Assembly (NCBI RefSeq): GCF_001194135.2
Contig: NC_068982.1
Coordinates: forward strand, 40,876,900-40,925,281
DNA length: 48,382 bases
Source: Octopus bimaculoides
Lineage: Eukaryota
Reading direction: 5' to 3'
The notes under the pieces are model-generated. The model had not been told where the DNA came from and did no database searches. It saw nothing but the letters and a program-made list of their open reading frames with translations. The translations under genes and the position numbers were made by a program. Below, piece after piece: positions 35,893 to 48,382 of this stretch; position 1 is the stretch's first letter; each line of letters opens with the position of its first letter.

Positions 35893-37934
35893 ATTGCTAG
35901 TTCCATATATATATATATGGAACTAGCAATTGCCAGCTCTGTCTCAGCCAGTTGAAGTAAAGTAGTTGTGTCGTAATGTTGTTAAATAAATTTTAGTATA
36001 AGAAGATGGACTGATCAGGCTCTATTACAGATCACTACAATTTTTTCAACACATCATTATTAGCTGTTAATTGCTGAATGTTACATAAATTTTATGCAAT
36101 GTTGTGTTAATATGATTCAACAATAGCTGTATACCTGTGCATCCTTGGGTGACCAGAGTCAAAGCGAGCTGTTGAATGTACACACACACATATGAAATAT
36201 AATCTTTTATTTTTTACACACCACCTTTTCTAGCCTAGGTGGTATAATAATTCAATGCTGTTCAACAGCATGTGTTTACTTCCAAAAGTAATGCAGAAAT
36301 AAATTTATACAGAAAAAAAGTACCAATTTTCGATCACAACATTCATAAGAAATACAATATCATTAAACGTGTGTTATGCATATGTTCTTTTGGGTTGTAC
36401 ATGTGGTGTGAATGAAAAATATTGTTAATGCAAGAGAAAGGAAATCCATGTATGTGGTCTGTAACCTAGAAGAATAGAAATATGGCAGATCAATGTCTCA
36501 TTCAAACTGAAAGATGTTTTGTATTAAGACTGACTGAAGTAAGAATAAACAGTAGTCAGTCTGCCAGTTCCCACTTTGGGTTAATGTCAATCTGAGAGAC
36601 AAAGAGAGAAAAAATGTGTGTGTGTGTATGAGAGAGAGAAAAGAAGGAAAGAGAGAGAGAGAGAGAGAGTGAGTGAGTGAGAAAGAGCAATGGCAATTTT
36701 GTGTTCCATTTAAATAGCTAATGTGTGGCTGTTAAGTACCACTAACTTCTCCACAAATACCTTTACTTTAGTTGAGTTTGGGTGAGAGAACAGTTTTGAG
36801 TTCCACTTTTATGAACAATGCTTCACTGAAAGGCACTGCTCTTTCATCAGTCCAATAAATCATTGAATAACTAAGTTATCTTCTTGAGTCATGCTAACCC
36901 ATAAGGGCCGGTTTCCAGATTTCTATGGTGTATATATTCTCCACCTGGACAGGATACTTGTCCATCACAGGATTATTCATTTTTGCCAGGTGAGTGGACT
37001 GGAGCAACGTGAAATGAAGTGTTTTGCTCAAGAACACAATGCAGGAATTGAAACCACAAACTTATGATTACGAGTCCAACACCCTAACCACTAAGCCACA
37101 TGCCTCCACTCATTGAATAACGGCAGACAACCAAAACTTCGCCTGATTGCATGAGGGCTGATTCATAAGAAATATCCACCTGGGTTTCATCCTGTTATTT
37201 TTGTTAATTACTGCTAATTCTTTGTATTCTTTTACTTGTTCTAGTCCTCAGGCTGCAGCCATGCTGGGGAATTATTGTTAATTTAATTTCCTATTTGTGG
37301 TGTAGCTCATATCAAAACTCCTCTATATACTCAATCCAATTATAAAACTTCTATTCTAATTCTAATATATACACTCAATTTGGTATAATCTTTCCATGTC
37401 TACAACATAGGCACTACTAGAATGCATTAAATGACGTTAATGTTAATTAGTTGCCAAGCCACTAGAATTAACTGTCAATTAATTTCTGGAAATAATTTTA
37501 ATGCTTCTACTTATTGTAATTGTACTACTTACTCAATGTTAATAATATTAACAATTGATAAATTGTTCCCATAATTGTTAATAAAAACTATTTCAGTGTT
37601 GTTCTTAGTGGTACCAGTTAGATATCGTCTCCACTAATTAATGGGAAGGAAGATTTGAGACTTGCATTTATATTAAGTTACATACAGTGGTGCCTATTTA
37701 TATTAAGAATTTATATTAAGAATTTGCTTCCTAACTGCATGGTTTCAGGTTCAGTCTCACTGCATGAACCTTAGGCAAGTGTTTTCTACTATTGCCTCCT
37801 CAAGCTGAACAAAGCTTTGTGAGTGGATTTGCTAGAGGAAACTGAAAGAACTCTATGTGTGTGTGTGTATGTATGTGTGTACATATATATATACACACAG
37901 AGAGACAGAAAGAAAGACAGACAGACAGACAGAC

Positions 37935-37987
<53 letters not shown>

Positions 37988-38006
37988 AAGAGAGGGAGAG
38001 AGAGAA

Positions 38007-38043
<37 letters not shown>

Positions 38044-38070
38044 AAGGTTTGGAGGTGATGTACAGAAATT

Positions 38071-38694
38071 ATATAGAAAAAAATTAAGGTACTCAGAAAT
38101 CTGGACGTTTGTACATTTACAGATTTTTATTAATGTCACATATTAAATAAAGCGCTTTTCACCTGATCATGCAGGATTTTAAAATTGTTTTGAGAAAACT
38201 TTGCGGAGGGTCTCATTATATAGTTTTATTGAGTGTGTAGGGGTGGAGAGAGAGATATATATAGGATAGTAAGAGAGGGTGAGGAAAAGTGAGAGAGAGA
38301 GAATGGGTGTGTGTGTGAGTGTGTGTTTTTTTGTGTTGGTGTGTGTGTCTGTGTGTGTGTGTGTGTGTGTCGATGGGAAAGAGAAAAGAAGAAAATTGGG
38401 TTCATAGCTGGTTAGTTCTTTTCAATAAATTTATTTTTAGCCTTTTAAAGGAATGGCAAAAGCAGGTGTGATCATTTTGAAGAAGTTGCTTTTCAAAAAG
38501 ATACCAAAGATTCTTTTTGAAAAGCAACTTCTTCAAAACGATCACACATATATATAGAAAAAAATTAAGGTACTCAGAAATCTGAAAATCCTGCACGATC
38601 AGGTGAAAAGCGCTTTATTTAATATGTGACATTAATAAAAATCTGTAAATGTACAAACATTCAGATTTCTGAGTACCTTAATTTTTTTCTATAT
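38071..38694. repeat. Nested inverted-repeat complex
   Basis: 110-bp inverted arms 38071-38180 and 38585-38694 (3 mismatches), perfect 34-bp inverted repeat 38552-38585 / 38661-38694, and a 36-bp-stem hairpin at 38466-38547. Confidence 0.9.
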
Positions 38695-39163
38695 ATATAT
38701 ATATTCTTGAATTTGATGGGCATGTAGTGGTAAGCAAACCAACACGAGAAATCTCTAGTGTGACTTTTTTATTAATGTACCCGAAGAGACCCAGAACGAT
38801 GGGTCGAAGCATGTGTTGTATTCAATAAAGTCTAATACACATTCCATCTCCTATTTTATTAATACTACTACTTCAACTGCCATTGCGAAGTTCCTAGAGT
38901 AAATCTACAAATAACAACAGCTAACCTAAACTGTGCCGGTGCTTTACTCATCATCTATTTATACATTTCGTATTATTTTTTCATTATATATATATATAGC
39001 ACCCATTACACCCTCAGAGTGGCTGGCATTAGGAAGGGCATCCAGCCATAGAAAACCATGCCAAATCAGACTGGTGTCTGGTGCAGCCTTCTAGCTTACC
39101 AGCTCTGTACAAACCATCCAACCCATGCCAGTATGGACAACAGACATTAAATGATAATAATGA

Positions 39164-39194
<31 letters not shown>

Positions 39195-40254
39195 NNNNNN
39201 NNNNNNNNNNNNNNNNNNNNNNNNNNNNNNNNNNNNNNNNNNNNNNNNNNNNNNNNNNNNNNNNNNNNNNNNNNNNNNNNNNNNNNNNNNNNNNNNNNNN
39301 NNNNNNNNNNNNNNNNNNNNNNNNNNNNNNNNNNNNNNNNNNNNNNNNNNNNNNNNNNNNNNNNNNNNNNNNNNNNNNNNNNNNNNNNNNNNNNNNNNNN
39401 NNNNNNNNNNNNNNNNNNNNNNNNNNNNNNNNNNNNNNNNNNNNNNNNNNNNNNNNNNNNNNNNNNNNNNNNNNNNNNNNNNNNNNNNNNNNNNNNNNNN
39501 NNNNNNNNNNNNNNNNNNNNNNNNNNNNNNNNNNNNNNNNNNNNNNNNNNNNNNNNNNNNNNNNNNNNNNNNNNNNNNNNNNNNNNNNNNNNNNNNNNNN
39601 NNNNNNNNNNNNNNNNNNNNNNNNNNNNNNNNNNNNNNNNNNNNNNNNNNNNNNNNNNNNNNNNNNNNNNNNNNNNNNNNNNNNNNNNCCACCAGGGTTG
39701 ATAAAATAAAGTACCAGTGAAAGACTAGAGTTGATGAAATTGACTAATACCGCTTCTCCAAAAACTGTACGTTTGTGTGTGCTTTTAGGGGTGTTTTTTG
39801 TGTGTATATATATATGTTTTTGCACGTGTGTGTCACAGTCACACAAACTGTGTCATGTCTGATATTCCGTGTGTGGCCAAGGGAAAGTATCACCTTGTTC
39901 AGAAACAGGTGGAGGTTGGGGCAACAGGAAAGGCATTCAGACAGAAAAATCTACCTCAGCAACTTCAGCTTGACTCAGACAAGCATGGGAAAGTGGATGC
40001 TAAAACAATGCCAATGATGCCAACACCAGTGACGACAATGACGCCAACAATGATGAAAACGACAATGACAAAACAGAGATGATTCTCACATGTCTGGCTA
40101 CAGGAAAATATTAACTTACTTGGAAACAGATGACAGTTGGTGACAGGAAGAGTATCCAGCCATACAAAATCTACCTCAACAAAATTCTGTCTGATCCATG
40201 TGAATAATGTGAAAGTGAATAATGAAAATAATAATGAAATAGATAATAACAATA

Positions 40255-40292
<38 letters not shown>

Positions 40293-40381
40293 NNNNNNNN
40301 NNAAGCACGTTATAAAAATAAAACTACTGAACAATAATAATAATAATAAATTTCTAATGTTAATTTTTTTATTCTTTTCAG

Positions 40382-40472
40382 CTACTATGGAATGGAAAAG
40401 ATCGAAAGAGGTCCAAAAGAAGTGTTTGATACAGAAATACAGAAAGAATTACTTGTCCTTGAAGAGCAAGAA
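40382..40472 (+). CDS. GARNL3: GARNL3 exon: YYGMEKIERGPKEVFDTEIQKELLVLEEQE
   Basis: Acceptor ttcttttcag, donor GAA|gtatgt, 91 nt, phase 2/0. Matches EKGPREIFHPEIQKDLLVLEEQE. Confidence 0.95.
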
Positions 40473-40758
40473 GTATGTTTATATATATATATATCAATCA
40501 AACTAAAAAATTTATAAATAAATTATTCTCATTTACAGTTAACCATCATCATTGTTTAATACCCACCTTCCATGCTGGCATGGGTGGGACTAATATTTGT
40601 AATAATTTCAGGTACAGGCATGGTTGTGTGGTTAAGAAACTTACTTTGCAACTATGTGGCTTTGGGCTCAGTCCCACTGCACAGTACCTTGAGTAAGTGT
40701 CCTCTACTATAGCTCTGGGACAGAAACTGTGTGGAAGCCCATCCTATATATATATGTT

Positions 40759-40794
<36 letters not shown>

Positions 40795-40795
40795 C

Positions 40796-40829
<34 letters not shown>

Positions 40830-41430
40830 NNNNNNNNNNNNNNNNNNNNNNNNNNNNNNNNNNNNNNNNNNNNNNNNNNNNNNNNNNNNNNNNNNNNNNN
40901 NNNNNNNNNNNNNNNNNNNNNNNNNNNNNNNNNNNNNNNNNNNNNNNNNNNNNNNNNNNNNNNNNNNNNNNNNNNNNNNNNNNNNNNNNNNNNNNNNNNN
41001 NNNNNNNNNNNNNNNNNNNNNNNNNNNNNNNNNNNNNNNNNNNNNNNNNNNNNNNNNNNNNNNNNNNNNNNNNNNNNNNNNNNNNNNNNNNNNNNNNNNN
41101 NNNNNNNNNNNNNNNNNNNNNNNNNNNNNNNNNNNNNNNNNNNNNNNNNNNNNNNNNNNNNNNNNNNNNNNNNNNNNNNNNNNNNNNNNNNNNNNNNNNN
41201 NNNNNNNNNNNNNNNNNNNNNNNNNNNNNNNNNNNNNNNNNNNNNNNNNNNNNNNNNNNNNNNNNNNNNNNNNNNNNNNNNNNNNNNNNNNNNNNNNNNN
41301 NNNNNNNNNNNNNNNNNNNNNNNNNNNNNNNNNNNNNNNNNNNNNNNNNNNNNNNNNNNNNNNNNNNNNNNNNNNNNNNNNNNNNNNNNNNNNNNNNNNN
41401 NNNNNNNNNNNNNNNNNNNNNNNNNNNNNN

Positions 41431-41469
<39 letters not shown>

Positions 41470-42149
41470 GTATTTGTGTATATATGTTTGTGTGTCTGTG
41501 TTTGTCCCCCCAACATCGCTTGACAACCGATGTGTGTGTCTGTATGTGTGGCATTTGTATGTATGCATATGTTTTTGACAAGCTTCTGCACAGCTTCTGT
41601 AGATCTAATTTTCTCACATGTCGGATTGATCAACCTGAGGCTGTAAGCAGAAGACAGTTTGTACCAAGATGCTATGCAGTGACATGAGACATCAAACCCA
41701 AGAGCAAGTGCTCGCAAAGTGTGAAAAACCTTTAATCAGCACACCCATGCCTGTCATTGTCTATTCTTGTTGATAGAAGAAAAGGAGACAAGATGATATA
41801 AAAAAAAAAAAAAGATAAATGCATAAAAAGAAACATTAATTTTGCAGATTTGCGATGAAGGCAAATCTAAAACAAAAAATAAAAGCAAGGAATATGAAGT
41901 CGCAAATGAGAATCTACAATATTAAAGATGCTGCACTGTGTAAACAAGCCTTATTTTATCGTTTTAAATGAATACCACGTATGTCAACACAGAACAAACT
42001 CAATCACCTTCAAATGTCATTCCGGACTAAATTCAAATTCCTCAGAAAATATTCCATAAATCAAGGAGCTAAGACTTACAAGTTAAAGACTGTATTGATT
42101 GTATTAGACCTTCTACTCAGAAATGTCAACTCAATGAATCCCTCTTTTT

Positions 42150-42156
42150 CTATCCT

Positions 42157-42215
<59 letters not shown>

Positions 42216-42324
42216 TTCTCTCTATCTATCTCTCCCTCTTTCTCTCTCTCTCTCTTTCTCTCTCTCTCTTCCACTATCTATCCATCTATCTATTTATTTA
42301 TCCATCCAACCATCTATCTATCTG

Positions 42325-42357
<33 letters not shown>

Positions 42358-42561
42358 TTACCTATCTATTAATCTATCTACCTATCTGACTATCTATCTA
42401 TCTATCTTTCTATCTATCTATCTATCTATCTTTCTTTCAGTCTACCTACCTATCTATCCAACCATCTAGCTATCAATCTATCAACCCATCTGTCTAATTA
42501 CCTCTCTCTCTCTCTCTCTCTTTCTCACACACATACACACTCTTCCACTATCCATCCATCC

Positions 42562-42600
<39 letters not shown>

Positions 42601-43072
42601 CATCCATAATCCTCATCACCATTACCACCACCACCACCACACACCACTATCCACCACCACCCTCTTCATTGTCATTTTCACCACCATTAGCACTACTGTT
42701 GTAACCATCATCATTACCAGTACCACCATGATCACATCATCATCATCATCACCACTATCACACCATCATCATCATCATCATTGTTGTCGTCGTTGTCATC
42801 ATCACCATCACCACAATCATGACATCATCATCATCGTTGCGGTCGTTATCATCATCATTATCAATAGTCATCATAATCTTCCTTAACTTTAATGCCAGCA
42901 TCATTACCATCACTGTCACCACCAACACTGCCATCATCACCCACCATCACCCTCATCATAATCATCATCATCATTGCCATCACCATCAATCACTGAAATC
43001 TTCCTAACCTTCAAAATCAGCCTCATCGTCCTCATCATCATCATCACCATTATCACCACCATCATCATCATT

Positions 43073-43103
<31 letters not shown>

Positions 43104-43110
43104 CCATCAC
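42150..43110. repeat. Compound simple repeats: (CT)n, (ATCT)n, then (CAT/CAC)n
   Basis: Directly visible. Confidence 0.95.
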
Positions 43111-43269
43111 TGTTCTTATGTCGGTTGTTATTTTTCTCTTGAGTTGAATTACTCTGCAATACATTTTTAATCCAATATCATCTTATCTGTGAGAATTAAC
43201 ATTCTTGCATCAGATGTAAAACTACTTCTTGTAAATTCTTCCTTCCTAGACCAATCTCTACCATAGATT

Positions 43270-44150
43270 CATTTAACCTTTTTACAACTTATTTCTGTTG
43301 AAATGCATTGAAATACGCTCTGTGTTCAAATTCCACTGCAGATGACTTTACCTTTCTTCTTCCCAGGGTCAATAAAATAAGATTAAGTTGAGCACTAAGA
43401 CCCATGTAATTGACTAGTTTTGAGCCCTTGTACCTATTGTAGAAAGAGAGAAAAATATTGAAAATAATGAAGAATTTTAAATAATTTGTTCATTACTAAG
43501 TTGGTTTTTAAAGCAGTGAACCAGTAGAATCTTTAGCATGACAAGCAAAATGTTTAGCAATATTTTGTCCAGTTTTACATTCTGAGTTCAAATACCACTA
43601 AGATTGATTTTGACTTTCATCCTTTCACGGTCAATTAAAGAAGTACTAGTTAAGCACTGGGGTCAATGTAATTGACTTACCCTTTCCCCCCAAAAAATTG
43701 CTGGCCTTGTGTCAAAATTTGAAACCAATATTTTGTCCAGTTTTATATTCTGAATTCAAACCCCCCACCAAGATTGACTTTGCCTTTCATCCTTTCAGGA
43801 TCGATAAAATAAGTACCAGTTGAGTGCTGGGGTCAATGTAATTGGCTATTCTCTTCCCCCCACAAAAATTTCAGGTCTCATGCCTATGGTAGAAAGAAGA
43901 GCTTAAAAATTTATTACCAGTATTAAGATAGTGTTTAAGCTGGCAGAATCATTAACACAACAGACAAAATGCTTAGCAATATTTTGTCCAGCTTTATTCT
44001 GTGAGTTCAAATATCACTAAGATCGACTTGGCCTTTCATCCTTTCAGGGTTAATAAAATAAATACCAATTGAGCACTGGGGGTCAATGAAATTGACTATC
44101 CCCACCCCATGCAAAAATTTCAAGCCTTGTGCATATAGTAAAAAGGATTG
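43270..44150 (+). mobile_element. Four tandem co-oriented, diverged Meta-like SINE copies
   Basis: Repeated gagttcaaat...ctttcatcctttc...agtaccagttgagcactggggtcaatgtaattgact units with alternating tails. An opposite-strand copy lies at 44620-44826. Confidence 0.8.
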
Positions 44151-44904
44151 TTAAGCTGATGTTTGAAACACAAATTAAAATGTCAAGAATAAAAAGTTTT
44201 GAATGGTACAACAATGCACTATAATACAAAAAAATGAACTATATCATCATCATCATCATCATCATCGTTTAACGTCTGCTTTCCATGCTAGTATGGGTTG
44301 GACGATTTGACTGAGGACTGGTGGAACCCGAAGGCTGCACCAGGCTCCAATCTGATTTGGCAGAGATTCTACAGCTGGATGCCCTTCCTAACGCCAACCA
44401 CTCCGAGAGTGTACTGGGTGCTTTTACGTGTCACCGGCAGTTATCTATAGTCTGATGATATTTCGGAATACAATTCCTTCTTCAGATCTTCTTAGATGGA
44501 GTCTCTATGAAATTTTAATGAAAAGTTTAAATTCAAATCATTTTAAAATGTAAAATTTGTATCACATATCCCAGTTGGTCTCAAGTGGATTAATATCAAA
44601 AGGTTAAAGTATAATGGTTTCTAATTGAAGCACAAAGCCAGTAGTTTTGAGGGGCGGGGACTAGTCAATACTATCAAACCCAGTACTTGAATGGTACTTT
44701 ATTTTACTGCTCCTGAACGGATGAATGGCAAAGTTTACCTTGGCAAGACCTCAACCCAGAATGTAAAGAGCTGCAAGAAATGCAGCAAAGTAATTTTCCA
44801 GTACTTATGATTCTACCAGTCTGCTGTCTAGTTTAAGGTATAATGTCTTTTATCAACAGTCTAATTCAGTATGAAACATTCAATTTGTGCTTTTATTTCT
44901 TTAG

Positions 44905-44980
44905 GGTTCTGTCAATTTCAAATTTGGAGTGCTTTTTGCAAAAGATGGGCAAACATCAGATGATGACATGTACTGTAATG
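44905..44980 (+). CDS. GARNL3: GARNL3 exon, start of the RapGAP domain: GSVNFKFGVLFAKDGQTSDDDMYCN
   Basis: Acceptor ttatttctttag, donor G|gtaagt, 76 nt. Hallmark RapGAP motif FKFGVL.AK.GQ...DEM..N. Confidence 0.96.
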
Positions 44981-45191
44981 GTAAGTTACATTTATTCTCT
45001 TTTGCAGTTGTTGTTGTTGATGATTATGATTATAATGATGATGATGATGAGAAATACAGTGATTAGTTATTTAGCCTGTATCATTGCAGTCAGAACTTGT
45101 GGCCTTTTTCCTATGCACTCCATATTATACACACATACATACACGTTCATATATATATATNNNNNNNNNNNNNNNNNNNNNNNNNNNNNTA

Positions 45192-47148
45192 TACTAGCAG
45201 TATAACCCGACCTTGTCCGGGTGTGACTTATTACGCCATCTATGATAAGTCTTACTAGGTGAAAATCAACTAAAAAAGAAAGCCTTACAACGAAAAAACC
45301 CTTATGATGTAAATATGTTCATAATTCAAAAGACAATGAAATTAATAGGGTAAGTCTGAAGGCTGTTTTTCGTAACATTATTAAGCGTACGTAAATTTCA
45401 TCCGTCTAATTGGCTATAGAAATGCTTGTGCAAAACAACTTTTTGCGCTGTCCTGATTATTCATAGCAGGGTAATCCCTTTTCGCAGGAGCTAGGACAGC
45501 AATTTCTGATGAAGCAATTGCTGGCGATGTGTTGGTACGCAGTTTTGCCAGAATTCTATCAGATTGGGCAGAAAATGTTGATGCACCATTTTGCATTATG
45601 TTCAAAGTAGCTTCTGGAATGTGGTGAATTGCTGCAGTTTGTTGCTGTCATTTTAAACCAGTTGCTTTCTTTCCCCAGCAAACTCTTCTTTAGAAGCATA
45701 ATCTATGTATATATTAAACAGAACAACAAAATTTATAATAGATGGCAGGGTTGGTACTTTTCACATATCTGTAATTTTTCAGATTAACACCCGCACGATT
45801 ACCCAACCCTAATCCTAAACCTAACACTAACCCTAACATTAACCCTAAACCCTAATGCTAACCCTAAAACCGTAACCGTAACACTAATCCTAACCCTAAC
45901 CCTAACACCCTAGTGAAAATCGTGGTATATTTACAAAACATTGACGAACATGAGTTATATTTTACTGAATGATTGTGTACTTGCACGCGTATGCGTTTGA
46001 GAGAGCGAGAGAGGAAGAGGTAGAGAGAGGAAGAGGTAGAGAGAAGAAGAGGTAGAGAGAGGAGGAGAAAGGAATAGAGGTAGTTAAAAGTTTTCTGATG
46101 ACGGCTTCTCTTCACTGCCTATTACTTCATTAGAAATCTATGGATGCACTTACGCACATAATAGANNNNNNNNNNNNNNNNNNNNNNNNNNNNNNNNNNN
46201 NNNNNNNNNNNNNNNNNNNNNNNNNNNNNNNNNNNNNNNNNNNNNNNNNNNNNNNNNNNNNNNNNNNNNNNNNNNNNNNNNNNNNNNNNNNNNNNNNNNN
46301 NNNNNNNNNNNNNNNNNNNNNNNNNNNNNNNNNNNNNNNNNNNNNNNNNNNNNNNNNNNNNNNNNNNNNNNNNNNNNNNNNNNNNNNNNNNNNNNNNNNN
46401 NNNNNNNNNNNNNNNNNNNNNNNNNNNNNNNNNNNNNNNNNNNNNNNNNNNNNNNNNNNNNNNNNNNNNNNNNNNNNNNNNNNNNNNNNNNNNNNNNNNN
46501 NNNNNNNNNNNNNNNNNNNNNNNNNNNNNNNNNNNNNNNNNNNNNNNNNNNNNNNNNNNNNNNNNNNNNNNNNNNNNNNNNNNNNNNNNNNNNNNNNNNN
46601 NNNNNNNNNNNNNNNNNNNNNNNNNNNNNNNNNNNNNNNNNNNNNNNNNNNNNNNNNNNNNNNNNNNNNNNNNNNNNNNNNNNNNNNNNNNNNNNNNNNN
46701 NNNNNNNNNNNNNNNNNNNNNNNNNNNNNNNNNNNNNNNNNNNNNNNNNNNNNNNNNNNNNNNNNNNNNNNNNNNNNNNNNNNNNNNNNNNNNNNNNNNN
46801 NNNNNNNNNNNNNNNNNNNNNNNNNNNNNNNNNNNNNNNNNNNNNNNNNNAGAAAGTTTAATCTATGACGTTGTATGTATCACTTTCTCTGTTGAGCGCG
46901 TGTGTAAGAACGCTGTTCCAGGTAGAAGGGAAGAAATATAAAAGTTGCTAGAAACAACAGCCAAATCTCCCTTAAATCACACAAAGTAAACGGAATTTTA
47001 AAAATCTAATTACTGCACTGGAAAGTTCACATCGAGAAAATTCCATTGATGTAAAAAAATTTTACGAAAAAGTGGAAAACGTGGATTTCTATAAACTTTT
47101 AAAAAGGCTTCACACAGACACACAACTTCAGCTTTATATATTAAGATA
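45192..47148 (+). mobile_element. Probable non-autonomous Helitron/Helentron-type element (contains an N gap)
   Basis: 5' tactagcag...acccg-accttgtc-cgggt hairpin and 3' cacagacacacaacttcagctttatatattaagat end resemble non-autonomous Helitron termini. No TSD. Internal telomere-like and (GA)-rich repeats. Confidence 0.45.
45803..45912 (+). repeat. Degenerate (CCCTAA)n telomere-like tract
   Basis: aaccctaatcctaaacctaacactaaccctaacattaaccctaaaccctaatgctaaccctaa... Confidence 0.85.
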
Positions 47149-47154
47149 TATATA

Positions 47155-48014
47155 CAGGGTGCAATGGATAAATTGTTGCCATTTTATATTTTTAATTTCA
47201 CGCATGTGCATTGTTTCTTTTTGATTTTGTCGACTACACAGTATGGTAGGGTCAGTTGGGTACCGTTTACAAGATAATGCAATTTACTCGGCTAGAAATT
47301 TTGAAACATGCTGTACTGCTTGGCCTTCACACCAGAAGCTCTGATACAAACATTTCAGAGTGTTTGGGTGTCAATCTGAGGACGTTCCAAGAGTGATAAA
47401 AATCAAACATCCAGTCAACGTCATGGTGTTTAGAGTGATCACTAGTGATATATCGACGTTATGCCTCCATTCATCTTCCCACACGGCCTTAAATTCAACA
47501 CAGAGGCCTACATCAAGTGCCTGGAGGAGGTAGTGCTGCTCTGGATCAAGAGAGTGACTGCTGGAGCATCCTATTTTCTGGTAACAGGACTCTGCACCAT
47601 GCCACGCAAGCAGGAGAACCCAGTCATGGCAGTCAGACAATTTCTGCAACCACACCACCCCTAACATTTGGCCACCTGACTCCCTCAGACTGCAACTCCC
47701 TTCATTATTATGTGTGGGGCACAGTTGAGCAAGAAACCAACAAAACTCCTAGTAACACCGAAGATGAACTGCAAGTAAGGATTATGGCAGCATTCACCAA
47801 CTTAAACAAGGAGACTGTCCAGAAGAGTTGCAGGAGATTCCAAAGTGGTCTGGAGGCCATGGTTGAAGCCAATGGCGATTTTATTGAATAAATTTACTCT
47901 TTAGTATTACAAGATATTTTTATATAATTTTGGTAAATATATCTGTTAAAATGAGATGTCAATATTATTTTCACTTTTGCGTAATTTACACAACAATTTA
48001 TTCACCGCACCCTG
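47155..48014 (+). mobile_element. Internally deleted Tc1/mariner-superfamily element of the DD37D (maT) type
   Basis: TA TSDs and imperfect TIR cagggtgcaatggataaattgttg / caacaatttattcaccgcaccctg. Transposase relic IKHPVNVMVF...MPPFIFPHGL...DCNSLHYYVWGTVEQETNK...FIE* with frameshifts. Family assigned from recalled similarity of the WPP.SPDCNPLDYYVWG motif. Confidence 0.85.
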
Positions 48015-48037
48015 TATATATATATATATATATATAC

Positions 48038-48069
<32 letters not shown>

Positions 48070-48081
48070 ACNNNNNNNNNN

Positions 48082-48113
<32 letters not shown>

Positions 48114-48338
48114 ACGCGCGCGCGCGCATCATATATTTATATGTATGTATGTATAAATGTTTGTCTCTATGTTATAACAAAACAATTTTACATTAAATTA
48201 CATTAACTTTAACAAGAATACAATTAACAGTGATTTCGAAGTTTTACCCAGCTATGCCATCATCGAAGTTTATGATGTTGAATTAACTGATCGAAATTTC
48301 GAAGTCACTGTCAATACTATTCTTGTTGAAGAATAATG

Positions 48339-48382
<44 letters not shown>

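Noticed and set aside
45414-45605. Minus-strand ORF with ILAKLRTNTSPAIASSEIA, faintly like Helitron PIF1 helicase
   Set aside because: No Walker A (GGTGKT) motif upstream in any frame I read. The similarity is too short to support.

Overview
AT-rich, microsatellite-dense animal genomic DNA from a gapped scaffold. The repeat families look like those of a coleoid cephalopod such as Octopus (recognition from memory, not a search). The one confidently identified gene is a plus-strand GARNL3 orthologue (RapGAP-domain family). Six coding exons between 21785 and 44980 splice in frame through canonical GT-AG sites to LTSCDAEGSNQSVGRFRVETGERDTDE-NHLQIPSPLNSPIHLENPESQTRWYFRYFLGK-LHQNYVGADAEKEPFVLSVVVTDANNLNVPQYRTILWRKT-GAQRICLSFNPNKPQTVKGIL-NYYGMEKIERGPKEVFDTEIQKELLVLEEQE-GSVNFKFGVLFAKDGQTSDDDMYCN. 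I could not find the start exon, and the gene continues past the right edge. Most of the remaining sequence is tRNA-derived SINEs of several modular families, degenerate RTE-like LINE 3' ends, hAT MITEs with 8-bp TSDs, mariner, maT (DD37D) and pogo/Tigger relics, a probable non-autonomous Helitron-type element and simple repeats. The most striking observation is an element at 524-965. It combines a tRNA-like Pol III head with a minimal type I hammerhead ribozyme of the Penelope-like kind (intact core at 839-884, mutated inverted copy at 526-571). Several unrelated hammerhead-like relics occur elsewhere in the window (about 7.0 kb and 38.1-38.8 kb). A possible spliced antisense ORF runs off the left edge. 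Almost all ORFs in the supplied track are spurious (microsatellites, N gaps, antisense of repeats).
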